Counted from the first letter of the stretch, positions 48,117 to 58,883 are shown. The stretch is 64,000 nt of DNA from an uncultured Lachnospiraceae bacterium (GCA_905199445.1 CAJKGK010000001.1:91059-155058); one strand, 5' to 3'. The notes: generated by a model from the letters alone, not told the origin. Numbers and translations are program-made.

Positions 48117-50549
48117 TTATTCGCAGATTCCCATTAAATCTCCAAATGTTTTCATGCTGTATGTTGCTTTTTCATAGGATGAAGCATCACCGATGGCCGC
48201 GCTGTCAAAACCTCCGGCGCAGGCGCCGTCGACGCCGGCGTAGGCATCTTCTACAACCAGACAGTCTTCAGGATTTTCACCGATAAACTGAGCGGCTTTA
48301 ATAAACACTTCCGGGTCTGGTTTGGAGTTTGTAATATTATTGCCGTCAGAAACAGCATCAAAATAGCCTTTAAGTCCGATTCTCTCAAGAATAAACTGTG
48401 TATTCTTGCTGGAAGAACCGATGGCCAGCTTTAAGCCTTTGGCTCTTAAGCCATCCAGTGTTTCTTTAACTTCAGAACTTAAATCTGCAGGACTCATATT
48501 TTTCAGAAGTTCCTTGTAAACGCCGTTCTTTTCCTCAGCCAGAGCAACTTTTTCATCCTGAGTTAAAGGTTTGTCATATTTTTCAAGAATAATTTCAAGG
48601 CTTTCCATACGGCTCACACCGCGCAGACGATTATTGATCACTTCATCAAAATAGATGCCCAGTTTATCAGCAACCGTTTTCCATGCCAGATAATGATAAT
48701 GATCTGTAAAACAAATCACACCGTCCAGATCGAAAATAACACCTTTGTATTTTTTGCTCATTGTTTCATCCTCCTCAATTAATTCAAATATCCATGCCCT
48801 TTGGGGGCCGCTGCTCACCAAAAATCCTGTTTCCATCAACGCTTTACCGCTGCTTTGTCCGTTAAATATGCCGTCTCTGTCCACAATCCGGTAAGTCCGT
48901 GCAGGATCAAGTGCCTTTGGCTTTACAATGACCTGCTTTTCGCAAAAATCACGCATACAGAAAACAAACAGCAGTTGTCTGCCCTCAGCATGTCCGTCCA
49001 TACCTGCATATTGGAGCACCATACAGCCCCGGGCATTTTGCAGATGAAAAAGTCTGGCCCGGCGGATCACAGGACGAACGACTGTTTTATAATAGTGGAT
49101 CTCCTGTCTGAAAATATCCCGGTTTCTTTCCGACATAGACGCAAAATCTCTGGAAAAGCCCAGCGCATGAGGCATGGCTGCCCTGATGGTATACCGGATC
49201 AGATCCTGAGGCGTGTCCTCACGGATTTCAAACCCCGGAAACGCCTGGCTGCCATCGTCATAGGTTCTTGTCTGTGACCAGGCCCAGTGAAGAATATGCT
49301 CTGGCGGAATAAATCTGGACAGCTCATAAAAGCTGTTCAGACTGTGTCCGGTTTCATCCACATCACTTAAAAAAGTCTGGTTCACACAGGATAATAGACC
49401 GATATCACAGCGCAGTCCGCCGGATGCACAGTTTTCCAAAGTCAGCTGTGGATATTTATTTTTTATCTTATTCAGTATATCATAATAACCCTGATAATGC
49501 CAGAACAGACCGTCCTTCTCGTGATGATTATGATCCATCCGGCTGCAGCCTGCACCAGGATCCATATTAAAATCCAGTTTCATCCAGTCACAGCCTGACG
49601 TCTCTATCATTTTGCAAAGCATTTGAAAAAGCCATTGAGCCGCCGAATCATTGCCCAGACAAATATATGGATTTTCATAATGTTTACCCTCACTGACAGC
49701 TTCAAATTCCGGATGGCTGCCAATCAGCCGGGAATCCTGTCCGATGGCCTCCGGTTCCATCCAAAGTCCAAATTTCATATTCATCTCATGGAGTTTTTTG
49801 GAAATGTAAGCAAGGCCGTGAGGAAAGCGCTGTTCATTGACCATGGCCCAGTCACCCTGCTGCCGGCTCCAGTGAATATTTCCGGGTCTGCCATACCACC
49901 CTGCATCCAATGTGCATAATTCCACCCCCATCGCCTTTGCAGCAGCTGCATTTTCAAGAAATACATTTTCATTAATCAGGGCATCCTCAAATGTCCACCA
50001 GTGATTCCATTCCACAGGCAATTCGCCGGCTTCCGGATATAAATAGCTGCGCCCATAGTCATGAAGCTTTTGTGTCAGACAATCCCAGTCACCGTCCCAG
50101 GCCTGAAAAATATACACAGCCGGAAATTTAAAACAACCGGCTTGTCCATCTTTTGTCTGAATCTCATCCTGCGTATGCGTATCATCATATTTTTTAGGCA
50201 GAACCCTGATATCAGGCAGCCCGACTTCTATGGTACCATGGCCGTCAATTTCCACATACCAGGTACCGGACCAGGCCACCAGCACAGACAGAATATGTCC
50301 CGAATCAGAACTGATTCTGAAAAAGGGATGAACGCCGTGACTGGAACGGCCAGTCGTACACGTCATATTAAACGTCTCCCCGGCCTTCCATTTAAACTGC
50401 TGAGGCTCAAATTCCCGGCCCCAGCTGCTTTTGTAATAATCGATGGTATATTCCTGCCCACACACCAAAAGGCCGCAGGCCTGGCAGCAGTCATTACCGC
50501 TGCCTTTTGTTTCAAAGTTTAACCTTATCAAATCTTCTTTGTAACACAT
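48117..50549 (-). CDS. in-frame fusion: GH36-family glycosidase domain (48762..50549) + beta-phosphoglucomutase HAD domain (48117..48761)
   Basis: GH36 signatures CDWMKLDFNMD (nucleophile region) and ENCASGGLRCD (acid/base). C-terminal 214 aa MSKKYKGVIFDLDGV...SKPDP...VEDAYAGV matches beta-PGM (pgmB). No stop between the domains. GAGGAGG lies 8 nt before the internal ATG at 48761. Confidence 0.8.
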   Translation of the reverse strand: MCYKEDLIRLNFETKGSGNDCCQACGLLVCGQEYTIDYYKSSWGREFEPQQFKWKAGETFNMTCTTGRSSHGVHPFFRISSDSGHILSVLVAWSGTWYVEIDGHGTIEVGLPDIRVLPKKYDDTHTQDEIQTKDGQAGCFKFPAVYIFQAWDGDWDCLTQKLHDYGRSYLYPEAGELPVEWNHWWTFEDALINENVFLENAAAAKAMGVELCTLDAGWYGRPGNIHWSRQQGDWAMVNEQRFPHGLAYISKKLHEMNMKFGLWMEPEAIGQDSRLIGSHPEFEAVSEGKHYENPYICLGNDSAAQWLFQMLCKMIETSGCDWMKLDFNMDPGAGCSRMDHNHHEKDGLFWHYQGYYDILNKIKNKYPQLTLENCASGGLRCDIGLLSCVNQTFLSDVDETGHSLNSFYELSRFIPPEHILHWAWSQTRTYDDGSQAFPGFEIREDTPQDLIRYTIRAAMPHALGFSRDFASMSERNRDIFRQEIHYYKTVVRPVIRRARLFHLQNARGCMVLQYAGMDGHAEGRQLLFVFCMRDFCEKQVIVKPKALDPARTYRIVDRDGIFNGQSSGKALMETGFLVSSGPQRAWIFELIEEDETMSKKYKGVIFDLDGVICFTDHYHYLAWKTVADKLGIYFDEVINNRLRGVSRMESLEIILEKYDKPLTQDEKVALAEEKNGVYKELLKNMSPADLSSEVKETLDGLRAKGLKLAIGSSSKNTQFILERIGLKGYFDAVSDGNNITNSKPDPEVFIKAAQFIGENPEDCLVVEDAYAGVDGACAGGFDSAAIGDASSYEKATYSMKTFGDLMGICE

Positions 50550-52891
50550 TCTCCGTCTTTCAGAACAACTGCCTCGTGTCCCAGAATAAAGGAAACTTCC
50601 GGTCCGTTGCTTGTTACTGTTACCTGCTCATGATCTACAGTTACATGAAGCGGTGTGCCTCTCCATACAATGTTAAAGTCCAGCTGGGACCATTCCTCAG
50701 GCAGAGACGGTGCAATTCTTAAATCGCCGCCAACAATGCGGACACCGCCAAAGCCCAGAACTGCGGACTGCCATACACCACCCATAGACGCACTGTGAAT
50801 ACCTGCGTTGGAAGAACGCATTTCTTCTCCCAGGTCTACGGCACTGGCACCAGTAAAGAACTTATACGCCACTTCGTGAAGCCCCAGGTCATTGGCCAAA
50901 ACACTGTGGGTAGATTTACTCAGAGAGGAATCATGAAGGGTACGTTCTTCATAATAGAAGTAATTTTTCTTCTTTGTCTCTGCATCAAACAAATCATCCA
51001 GCAAATACATAAGAACAACCAGGTCGCTCTGCTTCAATACCTGCATACTGCTGATCTGTTCCATATTATAATCATTGTAGATCGTTCCAACAACAGAGCT
51101 TTCCTTATACTTTGTCAAATCAATATGCTTCAGATTGAAGTAACCGTCAAACTGAGGAATAATGCCCGTTGTCTTATCCGGCAAAGGCAGATAAAACTTA
51201 GGCAGACGACTGTTGATAATTGTCTTTAACTCATCCAGATGAAGGGTTTTGTTCAGCCGCTCAAATACGCTGCGTTTTTCCTGAGAATCGCTTTCTCTCA
51301 GCTGATCCATTAATTTTACAGCCAGGTTCATATTATAGTGCGCCAGGTAATTTGTGTAGGCATTATTGTTGACATGCTCGGAATATTCATCCGGTCCGAT
51401 CACATCATTGATTTCGTAACGATTAAGGCTTTCATTCCATTCCAGACGGCTTGCCCAGAATCTGGCTGTTTCCATAATAATTTCATAACCGTACTGATCC
51501 ATAAAGTTTTCATCATGCGTTGCATTGTAGTACTGCCATACAGCAAAGGCAATATCGGCAGAAATATGCTGCTCAATCAGTCCGGTGAGAATCGGAAGGG
51601 TTTCACCGGTAACCACATCGGCTTCACCCCAAAGTGGTGTCACCTCACCATCATCAATCCATGCAGATTCCCATGGATACATGGCACCGTCATAACCATT
51701 TTCGGCAGCCTTTTTACGGGCGCCGCCCAGTGTCTGATAACGGTATTCAAGAAGTGTACGTGCTGTATGTGGCTGTGTCATCATATAATATGGAAGAATA
51801 AATACCTCTGTATCCCAGAAGGAATGACCTTTATAGCCCTCACCGCTCATACCTTTGGCGCCGATACCTACTCTGTTATCGTCCTTTTTAACCATAATAT
51901 TCAAATGATAAATGGCAAAACGGATAGCCAGCTGGTCAAACGGATGAACCGACTGAATTGTAATATCTTCTTTTTCCCAGATTTTAGCCCATGCATTGGC
52001 ACTTTCTTCCATCAATGCATCATAACTGGACTGATACACATCCATAATGGCCGCCTTACTGTCTGTCTTTAACTGAGCAAGAGCATCCGCTTCGGACAGA
52101 TCACGGTAAGCCAGGTCTCTTGTGGTATGTACCGTAGCATATTTTTCCACGCAGAAAGTCTCTCCTGCTTTCACAGTCAGGTCTGCACTCAGTTTGATTT
52201 CGCGGCGGCTGATCACTGGCAGCAGTGCCGGTGTTACTTCCTCACCGTTTAATGCGAATTTATGGGCGCAGTGCATGGCTGCCGTCACATTAGACTGAAT
52301 TGTAGTGGAGATCATTTCCAGGTACTTGTAGTCATACAGACGGCGCTTACCTTCGGCAAAATGCTGGGAACCGCTGTTGGAAACCCGGCCATCAATACCG
52401 CTGGCAATCTTTAAGCTGATATCTTCGTTGACAGGACAAATGGTTACCTTGTAAGCCATGACATGATCATTGGCCATGGATGCCATATGTTTAAACTCAA
52501 AACGAATCCGCTTTCCGTCTTCGCTTTCCCAGTCAACCAGACGGACAACTTCACCGGTTTTTACATTTAATGTACGTTTATAATCGTGAAGCACACCTTT
52601 TTCCATGGAAAAACGTCTGCCGTCAATCATAAGAACAATTTTTGTCATATCCGGAATATTGGGCAGCTCTGTCACTTCATTTTCATCAAATTTATTAAAG
52701 GTTCCTGTCACAAACAAATTTCTTGTTTCACCGACATACTCTTCCTCAAGCGCACTGCGTACCCCAAGGTAGCCGTTTCCCTGACAGAAAATCGCTTCAC
52801 ATTTTCCAAGATATCTTGCGTCAAAGGATGATTCCTCAACAAGCCAGTTGGTTAAATCGCCGCTGCCGGCATCATATTTCATAATTGGCAT
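50528..52891 (-). CDS. GH65 glycoside phosphorylase (kojibiose/nigerose/maltose phosphorylase type)
   Basis: GH65 catalytic-region motif AKGMSGEGYKGHSFWDTE. Start at MPIMKYD (52891) after GAGAGGAG. Confidence 0.9.
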   Translation of the reverse strand: MPIMKYDAGSGDLTNWLVEESSFDARYLGKCEAIFCQGNGYLGVRSALEEEYVGETRNLFVTGTFNKFDENEVTELPNIPDMTKIVLMIDGRRFSMEKGVLHDYKRTLNVKTGEVVRLVDWESEDGKRIRFEFKHMASMANDHVMAYKVTICPVNEDISLKIASGIDGRVSNSGSQHFAEGKRRLYDYKYLEMISTTIQSNVTAAMHCAHKFALNGEEVTPALLPVISRREIKLSADLTVKAGETFCVEKYATVHTTRDLAYRDLSEADALAQLKTDSKAAIMDVYQSSYDALMEESANAWAKIWEKEDITIQSVHPFDQLAIRFAIYHLNIMVKKDDNRVGIGAKGMSGEGYKGHSFWDTEVFILPYYMMTQPHTARTLLEYRYQTLGGARKKAAENGYDGAMYPWESAWIDDGEVTPLWGEADVVTGETLPILTGLIEQHISADIAFAVWQYYNATHDENFMDQYGYEIIMETARFWASRLEWNESLNRYEINDVIGPDEYSEHVNNNAYTNYLAHYNMNLAVKLMDQLRESDSQEKRSVFERLNKTLHLDELKTIINSRLPKFYLPLPDKTTGIIPQFDGYFNLKHIDLTKYKESSVVGTIYNDYNMEQISSMQVLKQSDLVVLMYLLDDLFDAETKKKNYFYYEERTLHDSSLSKSTHSVLANDLGLHEVAYKFFTGASAVDLGEEMRSSNAGIHSASMGGVWQSAVLGFGGVRIVGGDLRIAPSLPEEWSQLDFNIVWRGTPLHVTVDHEQVTVTSNGPEVSFILGHEAVVLKDGECVTKKI

Positions 52892-52905
52892 ATTATAAAC
52901 TCCTC

Positions 52906-55188
52906 TCATCTTTTATAGATCAATTCAAATTCACGCGCATCGCATACAGTGCCGGACACACAAGACACCCCGTTGATGGTAAACGGACAGTCAAGTTCCA
53001 CACAAACCGGTTTTCCGGATGTATTTGTGACTTTAATTTTCATGCCCTGATCACACAGCTGTGCTTCCATCGACATTTCACCGCCAAAAACTTTCACATG
53101 TTCCATGGATGCCTGATTCCATTTCGATGGCAAACAAGGTTTTAATATAACCTGATCCAGGCTGGCACTTGGCTGAATTCCAAAGAAATGGCGAACAACC
53201 GGAAGCATCACACCATAGGTTGTCCATGCCTGCACAAAGCAGCCGTAATCTGGAGACATTTCCGAAATCGAGCCCGGTGTCGCCATACCAAAGGTTCCAA
53301 AAATCCGCTCAATAAGCTCTAAAGCCCGGTCAGCATAACCGTACTGCGCCTGCGCTACCGCCATAACACCGGTAGAAATGGTCATAGCGGCACTCTGACA
53401 CATGGCATCCAGATACATACCATGAGGTCCTATAAAGTCTGAAGTATGCATATTGGCAAGCGCACGTTCCGCCTGAGCCTTTGTGGCAATGCCTGTTTCC
53501 AGAGGAACATTGATGACCCAGTTACGGTTTAACAGCCAGCCCTTTTCCTTATTACCGTCATTTTTACGTTCTTCAAAAAGCCGTTCCACATAAGCCTTAA
53601 TATGGGCACACTGGGCGGTCTCAAGCATTTCCATAATCATGGCCTTTTTATTTTCAAGAGCTCCATAGGAGGTATAGGCATCACAGTACAGGCCCTCTTC
53701 CTCATTCCAAAGCAGGGTGTTAATGGCATCCTTTGTTTTATCGGCTAAAGCCCCACACTCTGATGCCATGGCCTGTAAACGGGCAGCCTGATTTTCTCCG
53801 GTATAAGCACCTTTTCCAGCCATGAGTGCACACATTTTACCATAGCATTCATAGGCTTCGCATGTATATACAGCCGTATCGATCAATTCCATGTTCAGGC
53901 CGGCAATTTCAATGATTCCATAACCTGTAGGGAATAAATCGTGATCATCATCCTGAGCCTTGAGCCACTCAATGCTCTTGCCCATGTATTCAAAGGCTTC
54001 TTCCACAAGAGAGAAATCTCCGGTCCATTCATAATATTTCCAGATCATTGTAATAAAATGAGCGGTTTCCTGAGTGTTGCCGTAGTTGGGGCACACTTCA
54101 TTGGTGAGAATTTCATGAACAATACGGCCATTGCCGTTATATTTAATGGAATAATCCAGAATCAGCTTCAGTGTATCCCTGCAAAGCTGATAATCACCCA
54201 TGCAAAGCACACCCTGAAGGGTATAAAAGCTGTCGCAGCCAAACCACCATGGGTATTCAGGAATACCGGCAGCAATTCCCCGGTTTCCGTTGGAAGTAGC
54301 CGTTGTCAGCCAGTCTGTATGAACCTTAACCCAATTGAAAATCTCATTAAAACGGGCATCCGGTGTACTCAGGCTGCTGGTCTTAAAAAGAGACTCATAG
54401 CGGGCCTTTTTTTCAGCCTCAAAATCTCTTTCCATTTCCAGCTGCTCATAAGCCTGGCGAACCTGTTCAAAGGATGTGTCTGAACCGGAAATATAAAATT
54501 TCATTTGACGGCTTTTTCCGGGTTCCAATGTAAAATGATGGGTCATGCCCACGCTGATGCCGTTGCCCACTGTATTTTCCGGTCCAAAAAACTGACCATG
54601 ACGGATTTTGTCAGCCGGTGTGTCACAGCCGATCGCCACATACCATGAATGATCACAGTCTTTGGCCACAAATACAGGCTGATCGCCATCCATGCAGTTT
54701 TCATCCAGACTGCCACAACAGATCAGATCATCCGAAGCGCCGTCAAAAATTCCCGCATCCTCAGACATCCATACCGGACGCAGATCCGTGCGGGCTACAA
54801 ATTCTGTTGTACATTCACAGGCATTTGAACCTGCATTGTAAAATTCATAGGTGACAATGACACCCAGCACGTCATCAGGAACGATTTGGGTACGGCGGAT
54901 TTTTACGGTTGTATGTCCCAGCCCGTTATTGTACAAAAATTCATTTTTATGTGGATAATTCATAAACTGATCCGCATGGGTCCAGCAGTCCACCGTTTTT
55001 GCTGTATGATCTGTAAAGCGAAGCCAGAAGCCATCCAGCAGTTTCACCGGGTAGAGCCAGAGTCCACCCATCTCATTTTCCAGATGATGTCCGAAATCAG
55101 GGAAATAGCCATCGGTTGTACCGATCAGTTTCATGCGCTCATTGGCACATACATATTGAGGACGCGTACAGCGTACAGAAGCTTTCAT
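52906..55188 (-). CDS. (alpha/alpha)6-barrel glycoside hydrolase, GDE_C/GH63-like (putative alpha-glucosidase)
   Basis: 760 aa. No family-specific motif was matched; the six-hairpin GDE/GH63-like assignment rests on length and on its position between GH65 and the ABC importer. AAAGGAG RBS 7 nt before the ATG. Confidence 0.55.
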   Translation of the reverse strand: MKASVRCTRPQYVCANERMKLIGTTDGYFPDFGHHLENEMGGLWLYPVKLLDGFWLRFTDHTAKTVDCWTHADQFMNYPHKNEFLYNNGLGHTTVKIRRTQIVPDDVLGVIVTYEFYNAGSNACECTTEFVARTDLRPVWMSEDAGIFDGASDDLICCGSLDENCMDGDQPVFVAKDCDHSWYVAIGCDTPADKIRHGQFFGPENTVGNGISVGMTHHFTLEPGKSRQMKFYISGSDTSFEQVRQAYEQLEMERDFEAEKKARYESLFKTSSLSTPDARFNEIFNWVKVHTDWLTTATSNGNRGIAAGIPEYPWWFGCDSFYTLQGVLCMGDYQLCRDTLKLILDYSIKYNGNGRIVHEILTNEVCPNYGNTQETAHFITMIWKYYEWTGDFSLVEEAFEYMGKSIEWLKAQDDDHDLFPTGYGIIEIAGLNMELIDTAVYTCEAYECYGKMCALMAGKGAYTGENQAARLQAMASECGALADKTKDAINTLLWNEEEGLYCDAYTSYGALENKKAMIMEMLETAQCAHIKAYVERLFEERKNDGNKEKGWLLNRNWVINVPLETGIATKAQAERALANMHTSDFIGPHGMYLDAMCQSAAMTISTGVMAVAQAQYGYADRALELIERIFGTFGMATPGSISEMSPDYGCFVQAWTTYGVMLPVVRHFFGIQPSASLDQVILKPCLPSKWNQASMEHVKVFGGEMSMEAQLCDQGMKIKVTNTSGKPVCVELDCPFTINGVSCVSGTVCDAREFELIYKR

Positions 55189-55247
55189 AGGATATACTCC
55201 TTTCAGGTCGAAAATGGATTGTCATTGGAAACCAAAGGGCTGCTGAA

Positions 55248-56090
55248 TCAGCCCTTTGTTCCTGAAGAAATAGAAATACCATCAATGATATATTGCTGTG
55301 CAATAAAGAACAGAATCAGAATCGGCAGCATCACAAGCAGCGTGGCAGCCATCAGCTGATTCCACTGGCTGGTGTACATTCCCTTGAAGAAGGAAAGTCC
55401 CAGGGACAACGTAAACTTCTTGCTGTCATACAGATAAATCAACGGTCCGTTAAAGTCATTCCATACACCCATGAATGTGAAAATAGAAACCGCTGTCAGA
55501 ACAGGTTTGCACATCGGAAGAATGATTTTCATAAATACTTTAAAAGGACCGGCGCCGTCCATACGTGCGGCTTCGTCAAAATCTTTAGGAATACCGGACA
55601 TATATTGACGCAGAAGGAAAATATTAAAGGCACCGCCGCCGAAAAAGGCCGGTACAATTAATGGAAGGAAGGTATCGACCCATCCCATCTCACGGAATAC
55701 AAGGTACTGAGGAATCATGGTGATCTGTCCTGGAAGCATCATGGTTGCCAGAAGAATTAAAAACCATACTCTCTTACCTTTAAAGTTAAATCTTGAAAAA
55801 CCATAAGCCACAATCGATGAACTCAAAACCGTACCGATCAGTACAGGAATAAGAATAATCAGCGTATTTCTTAAATATAAGAAAAACGGAATCGACGTGA
55901 TGGCTTTTGCAAAGTTTTCAAAATGAAGCTCTGTCGGGAAAAATTTCATACTGAAAACTTCCGAATCCGGCTTTAAGGCCATACTGATCGTCCACAACAG
56001 GGGAATCATAATAATGACCGCACCTACGAGAAGAATCAGCATCGCTACCCAGCGCATAATTATATTGGCGTAACTTTTCTTTGCTTTCAT
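55248..56090 (-). CDS. carbohydrate ABC transporter permease (MalG-like)
   Basis: 280 aa, 6 TM, EAA loop (DEAARMDGAGPFKVF). Confidence 0.85.
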   Translation of the reverse strand: MKAKKSYANIIMRWVAMLILLVGAVIIMIPLLWTISMALKPDSEVFSMKFFPTELHFENFAKAITSIPFFLYLRNTLIILIPVLIGTVLSSSIVAYGFSRFNFKGKRVWFLILLATMMLPGQITMIPQYLVFREMGWVDTFLPLIVPAFFGGGAFNIFLLRQYMSGIPKDFDEAARMDGAGPFKVFMKIILPMCKPVLTAVSIFTFMGVWNDFNGPLIYLYDSKKFTLSLGLSFFKGMYTSQWNQLMAATLLVMLPILILFFIAQQYIIDGISISSGTKG

Positions 56091-56110
56091 TATCTTCGTA
56101 CCTCCATTGA

Positions 56111-57031
56111 TCAGATTTTGTCGTCGTTCTGGTAATATACCCAGAAGCTGGAGCTTTTAATAACAAGCAGTGAGAATACCATGATGATGGCAAACATAAT
56201 CCAGGCCATGGCAGCCGCATAACCCATTTCGTAATCTTTATAAGCTGTTGTATATAATAACAGATTATAGAATAAGGTTGATTTTAACGGACCACCTTCG
56301 GTCATAACAAAAGCCTGAGTAAAATACTGGAAGGAACCGATCACGGCCATAATCACATTAAAGAAAATTGTAGGCGAAATCAGCGGAATCGTAATCTTGA
56401 AAAAAGTCTGAATGGAATTGGCGCCATCGATGGCAGCGGCTTCCTTAACTTCTTCACTCACACCCTGAAGACCAGATAAGTAAATAATCATCGTATTACC
56501 GATTCCCCATACGCCCATAATAATCAGCGCATATAATGCTGTATTGGGATTATTCAGCCATGCGGGGCCCTGGATACCAAACAGTTTCAATGCCTGATTT
56601 AACAGACCGGATTCTCCGAAAATCTGGATCCAGATCATGGAGGATGCGATCACAGGGATAATGGAAGGAAGGAAATATACAAGGCGGAAAGCCTTCATAA
56701 AACGAATACGCATATTTAATAAAAGCGCAATGATCAATGACATAATCTGATAAAACGGGATGGATATCAGACAAAATGTAAATGTGACTTTTAAAGACTG
56801 ATAAAAATCAGGATCCTTAAACAGCTTTGTATAATTTTTAACTCCGATAAAATCTACCGTGCTCAGACCGGTCACAATATCCCAGTCACAGAAAGACAAT
56901 ACAGCGGAAAAAATCATGGGAATCAGTGTAAACAGGAAAAATCCCAGAATCCACGGAAGGACGAACATATAACCGTATTTATTGTCTTTTTTCTGCTCGG
57001 CACTTACAATACCTTTATTTTTCTTTTTCAC
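56111..57031 (-). CDS. carbohydrate ABC transporter permease (MalF/UgpA-like)
   Basis: 306 aa permease with EAAAIDGAN. Confidence 0.85.
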   Translation of the reverse strand: MKKKNKGIVSAEQKKDNKYGYMFVLPWILGFFLFTLIPMIFSAVLSFCDWDIVTGLSTVDFIGVKNYTKLFKDPDFYQSLKVTFTFCLISIPFYQIMSLIIALLLNMRIRFMKAFRLVYFLPSIIPVIASSMIWIQIFGESGLLNQALKLFGIQGPAWLNNPNTALYALIIMGVWGIGNTMIIYLSGLQGVSEEVKEAAAIDGANSIQTFFKITIPLISPTIFFNVIMAVIGSFQYFTQAFVMTEGGPLKSTLFYNLLLYTTAYKDYEMGYAAAMAWIMFAIIMVFSLLVIKSSSFWVYYQNDDKI

Positions 57032-57164
57032 AGAAAAACCCTCTTTCTATTTTTTCACCTGGTCTCAAAAGGGGATTCCTCATTTATCGTAATCATGTTT
57101 TTAACGTTTAAATGAAGAATCCCCTCTAAATTCAATATTCAGGCCAGTACTTTAATTTCCTGAA

Positions 57165-58541
57165 TTATTCCATTTCAGCCATTTCAGCTTTAACTTCTGC
57201 AACTGTGTTGTCAAGAATTGTCTGTGTATCGGCTGTGTGGAAAATAATATTTTCGAACATTTCCTTAATCTTTGTATTGATGACGCTGCCCATTGTGGAA
57301 CGCATACCAATTGGCTGTACACTTGTATCTAACGCCTGTACATAAGCTTTTTTGGAGTCTTCCAGAGATGTTTCAAGCTCATCCAGTTTGGCTTCACTTG
57401 TAGGCAATACCTTGTTCACTTCAGAACGAACATCGGACGCATGCTCAGATGTCATGAATTTAACAACTTCCCATGCAGCTTCAGGGTTCTTACAGTTAGC
57501 GCCGATGGCAAAACCGGATGCACACAGGTAGGATGTGTGATTTCCGGGAACAAGAGCCATACCAAAGTTTGTGCCCGCGTCTTCCAGTGTCTTCTTATCC
57601 CAGCCGCCGCTGACAAACATTGCCAGCTTGCCTTCTGTCATCATTGCTGTGGCATTACCAAATGTATCAAGGTCAGCTGCTGCAGGAGATACTTTGCCCG
57701 GTTCTTCTGCCATTGCAAAATATTTGTCCAGAGCCTCTGCAACTTCAGGGCTGTTTAAGTAACCGTCACATTCTGTACCGTCTTCATTCATGAAGTTTAA
57801 ACCTAAAGATTCAATATAAGTCAGCACCGCATATTCCCAGTTCTGAGCATTAAAGCCGTACTGTTCATATGTACCGTCATCATTTTTAACGGTCAGTTTT
57901 TCGGCTGCTGCAAATAAGTCATCCCATGTCCAGTCATTTGTAGGGTATTCAACGCCTGCTGCATCGAACATATCTTTATTGTAATACAGGGTGATCGGGT
58001 TTTCATCGCTGACCATGTAATGCTGCTGTCCGTTCACTTTACCCATGTTTAACAGGGAATCCGGAAGAGACTGTGTATATTCTGTATCAGCTGCCATCAG
58101 ATCATCCATAGGTGTTGTCAGACCTCTGTCAACCCATTTAAAGAAATCACCTTCACCGGAAGCAAAGATATCGTAGCCATCTCCGGATGAGAAGGATGTT
58201 GTCAGACGGTCGCCATAACCATCTCCTGGTACAAGGTCAAAAACAACTTCAATATTTTTATCATTTGTTTCATTAAACTCATCAATCAACTGCTGATCGG
58301 CTGCACCATCGGCTGTTGTTCCCCAGCGTGTCAGACGAATTGTGATCTTTTCGCCATTATTTTCAGCTTTGGCTTCAGTTTCACCGGCTGTATCCTTCGC
58401 AGCCTCGCTGCCTGTTTCTGTAGCTGCATTGCCAGTGGTTTCTCCTTTTGTCTCTGTTGTGCCATTGGAACTGCCGCATCCGGCCAGTACGCTCGCTACC
58501 ATTGTTGCGGATAATACACCTGCAAGAATTCTGCCTTTCAT
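57165..58541 (-). CDS. carbohydrate ABC transporter substrate-binding lipoprotein
   Basis: Signal peptide with LAGCGSS lipobox, family-1 SBP. AGGAGG RBS. Confidence 0.85.
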   Translation of the reverse strand: MKGRILAGVLSATMVASVLAGCGSSNGTTETKGETTGNAATETGSEAAKDTAGETEAKAENNGEKITIRLTRWGTTADGAADQQLIDEFNETNDKNIEVVFDLVPGDGYGDRLTTSFSSGDGYDIFASGEGDFFKWVDRGLTTPMDDLMAADTEYTQSLPDSLLNMGKVNGQQHYMVSDENPITLYYNKDMFDAAGVEYPTNDWTWDDLFAAAEKLTVKNDDGTYEQYGFNAQNWEYAVLTYIESLGLNFMNEDGTECDGYLNSPEVAEALDKYFAMAEEPGKVSPAAADLDTFGNATAMMTEGKLAMFVSGGWDKKTLEDAGTNFGMALVPGNHTSYLCASGFAIGANCKNPEAAWEVVKFMTSEHASDVRSEVNKVLPTSEAKLDELETSLEDSKKAYVQALDTSVQPIGMRSTMGSVINTKIKEMFENIIFHTADTQTILDNTVAEVKAEMAEME

Positions 58542-58601
58542 TTAGAAACTCCTCCTTAAAATAAACATAAATGTTTTTTCGGATCAGGATTCACTGCCCT
58601 T

Positions 58602-58724
58602 CCGAAAGCGTTTTTGTTCGTTTTCTTAAAAAAATGGCCTTTAATAACGGCCGTGCATAAAAAATCATCTGAAAACAATCAAATTCATCTTTGTTTTTTA
58701 TGCTTATTCGAAAACGTTTTTGTG
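58602..58724. promoter_or_regulatory. two copies of a LacI-type operator-like palindrome (cGAAArCGTTTTTGt) in the SBP leader
   Basis: Copy 1 at 58602-58618 (ccGAAAGCGTTTTTGtt). Copy 2 at 58707-58724 (ttcGAAAACGTTTTTGtg, core AAAACGTTTT perfect palindrome) sits just downstream of the predicted -10. Confidence 0.35.
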
Positions 58725-58730
58725 ATTATA

Positions 58731-58759
58731 AAATAACACATGCCGTATGGATTGTCAAT
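58731..58759 (-). promoter_or_regulatory. sigma-A promoter of the ABC importer operon
   Basis: Minus strand: TTGACA (58754-58759), 17 nt, TGtTATTTT extended -10 (58731-58739). Confidence 0.45.
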
Positions 58760-58883
58760 ACCTGTTTTTCATTTTTTTATATAATTTGCCCTTAAATCTT
58801 AAAATATATATCAAAAGCCATTCAATTCTAACAAGGGCTTAAAAAAAGTATATCCAATCCATATAAAAAAATTCTCTTCTGAA

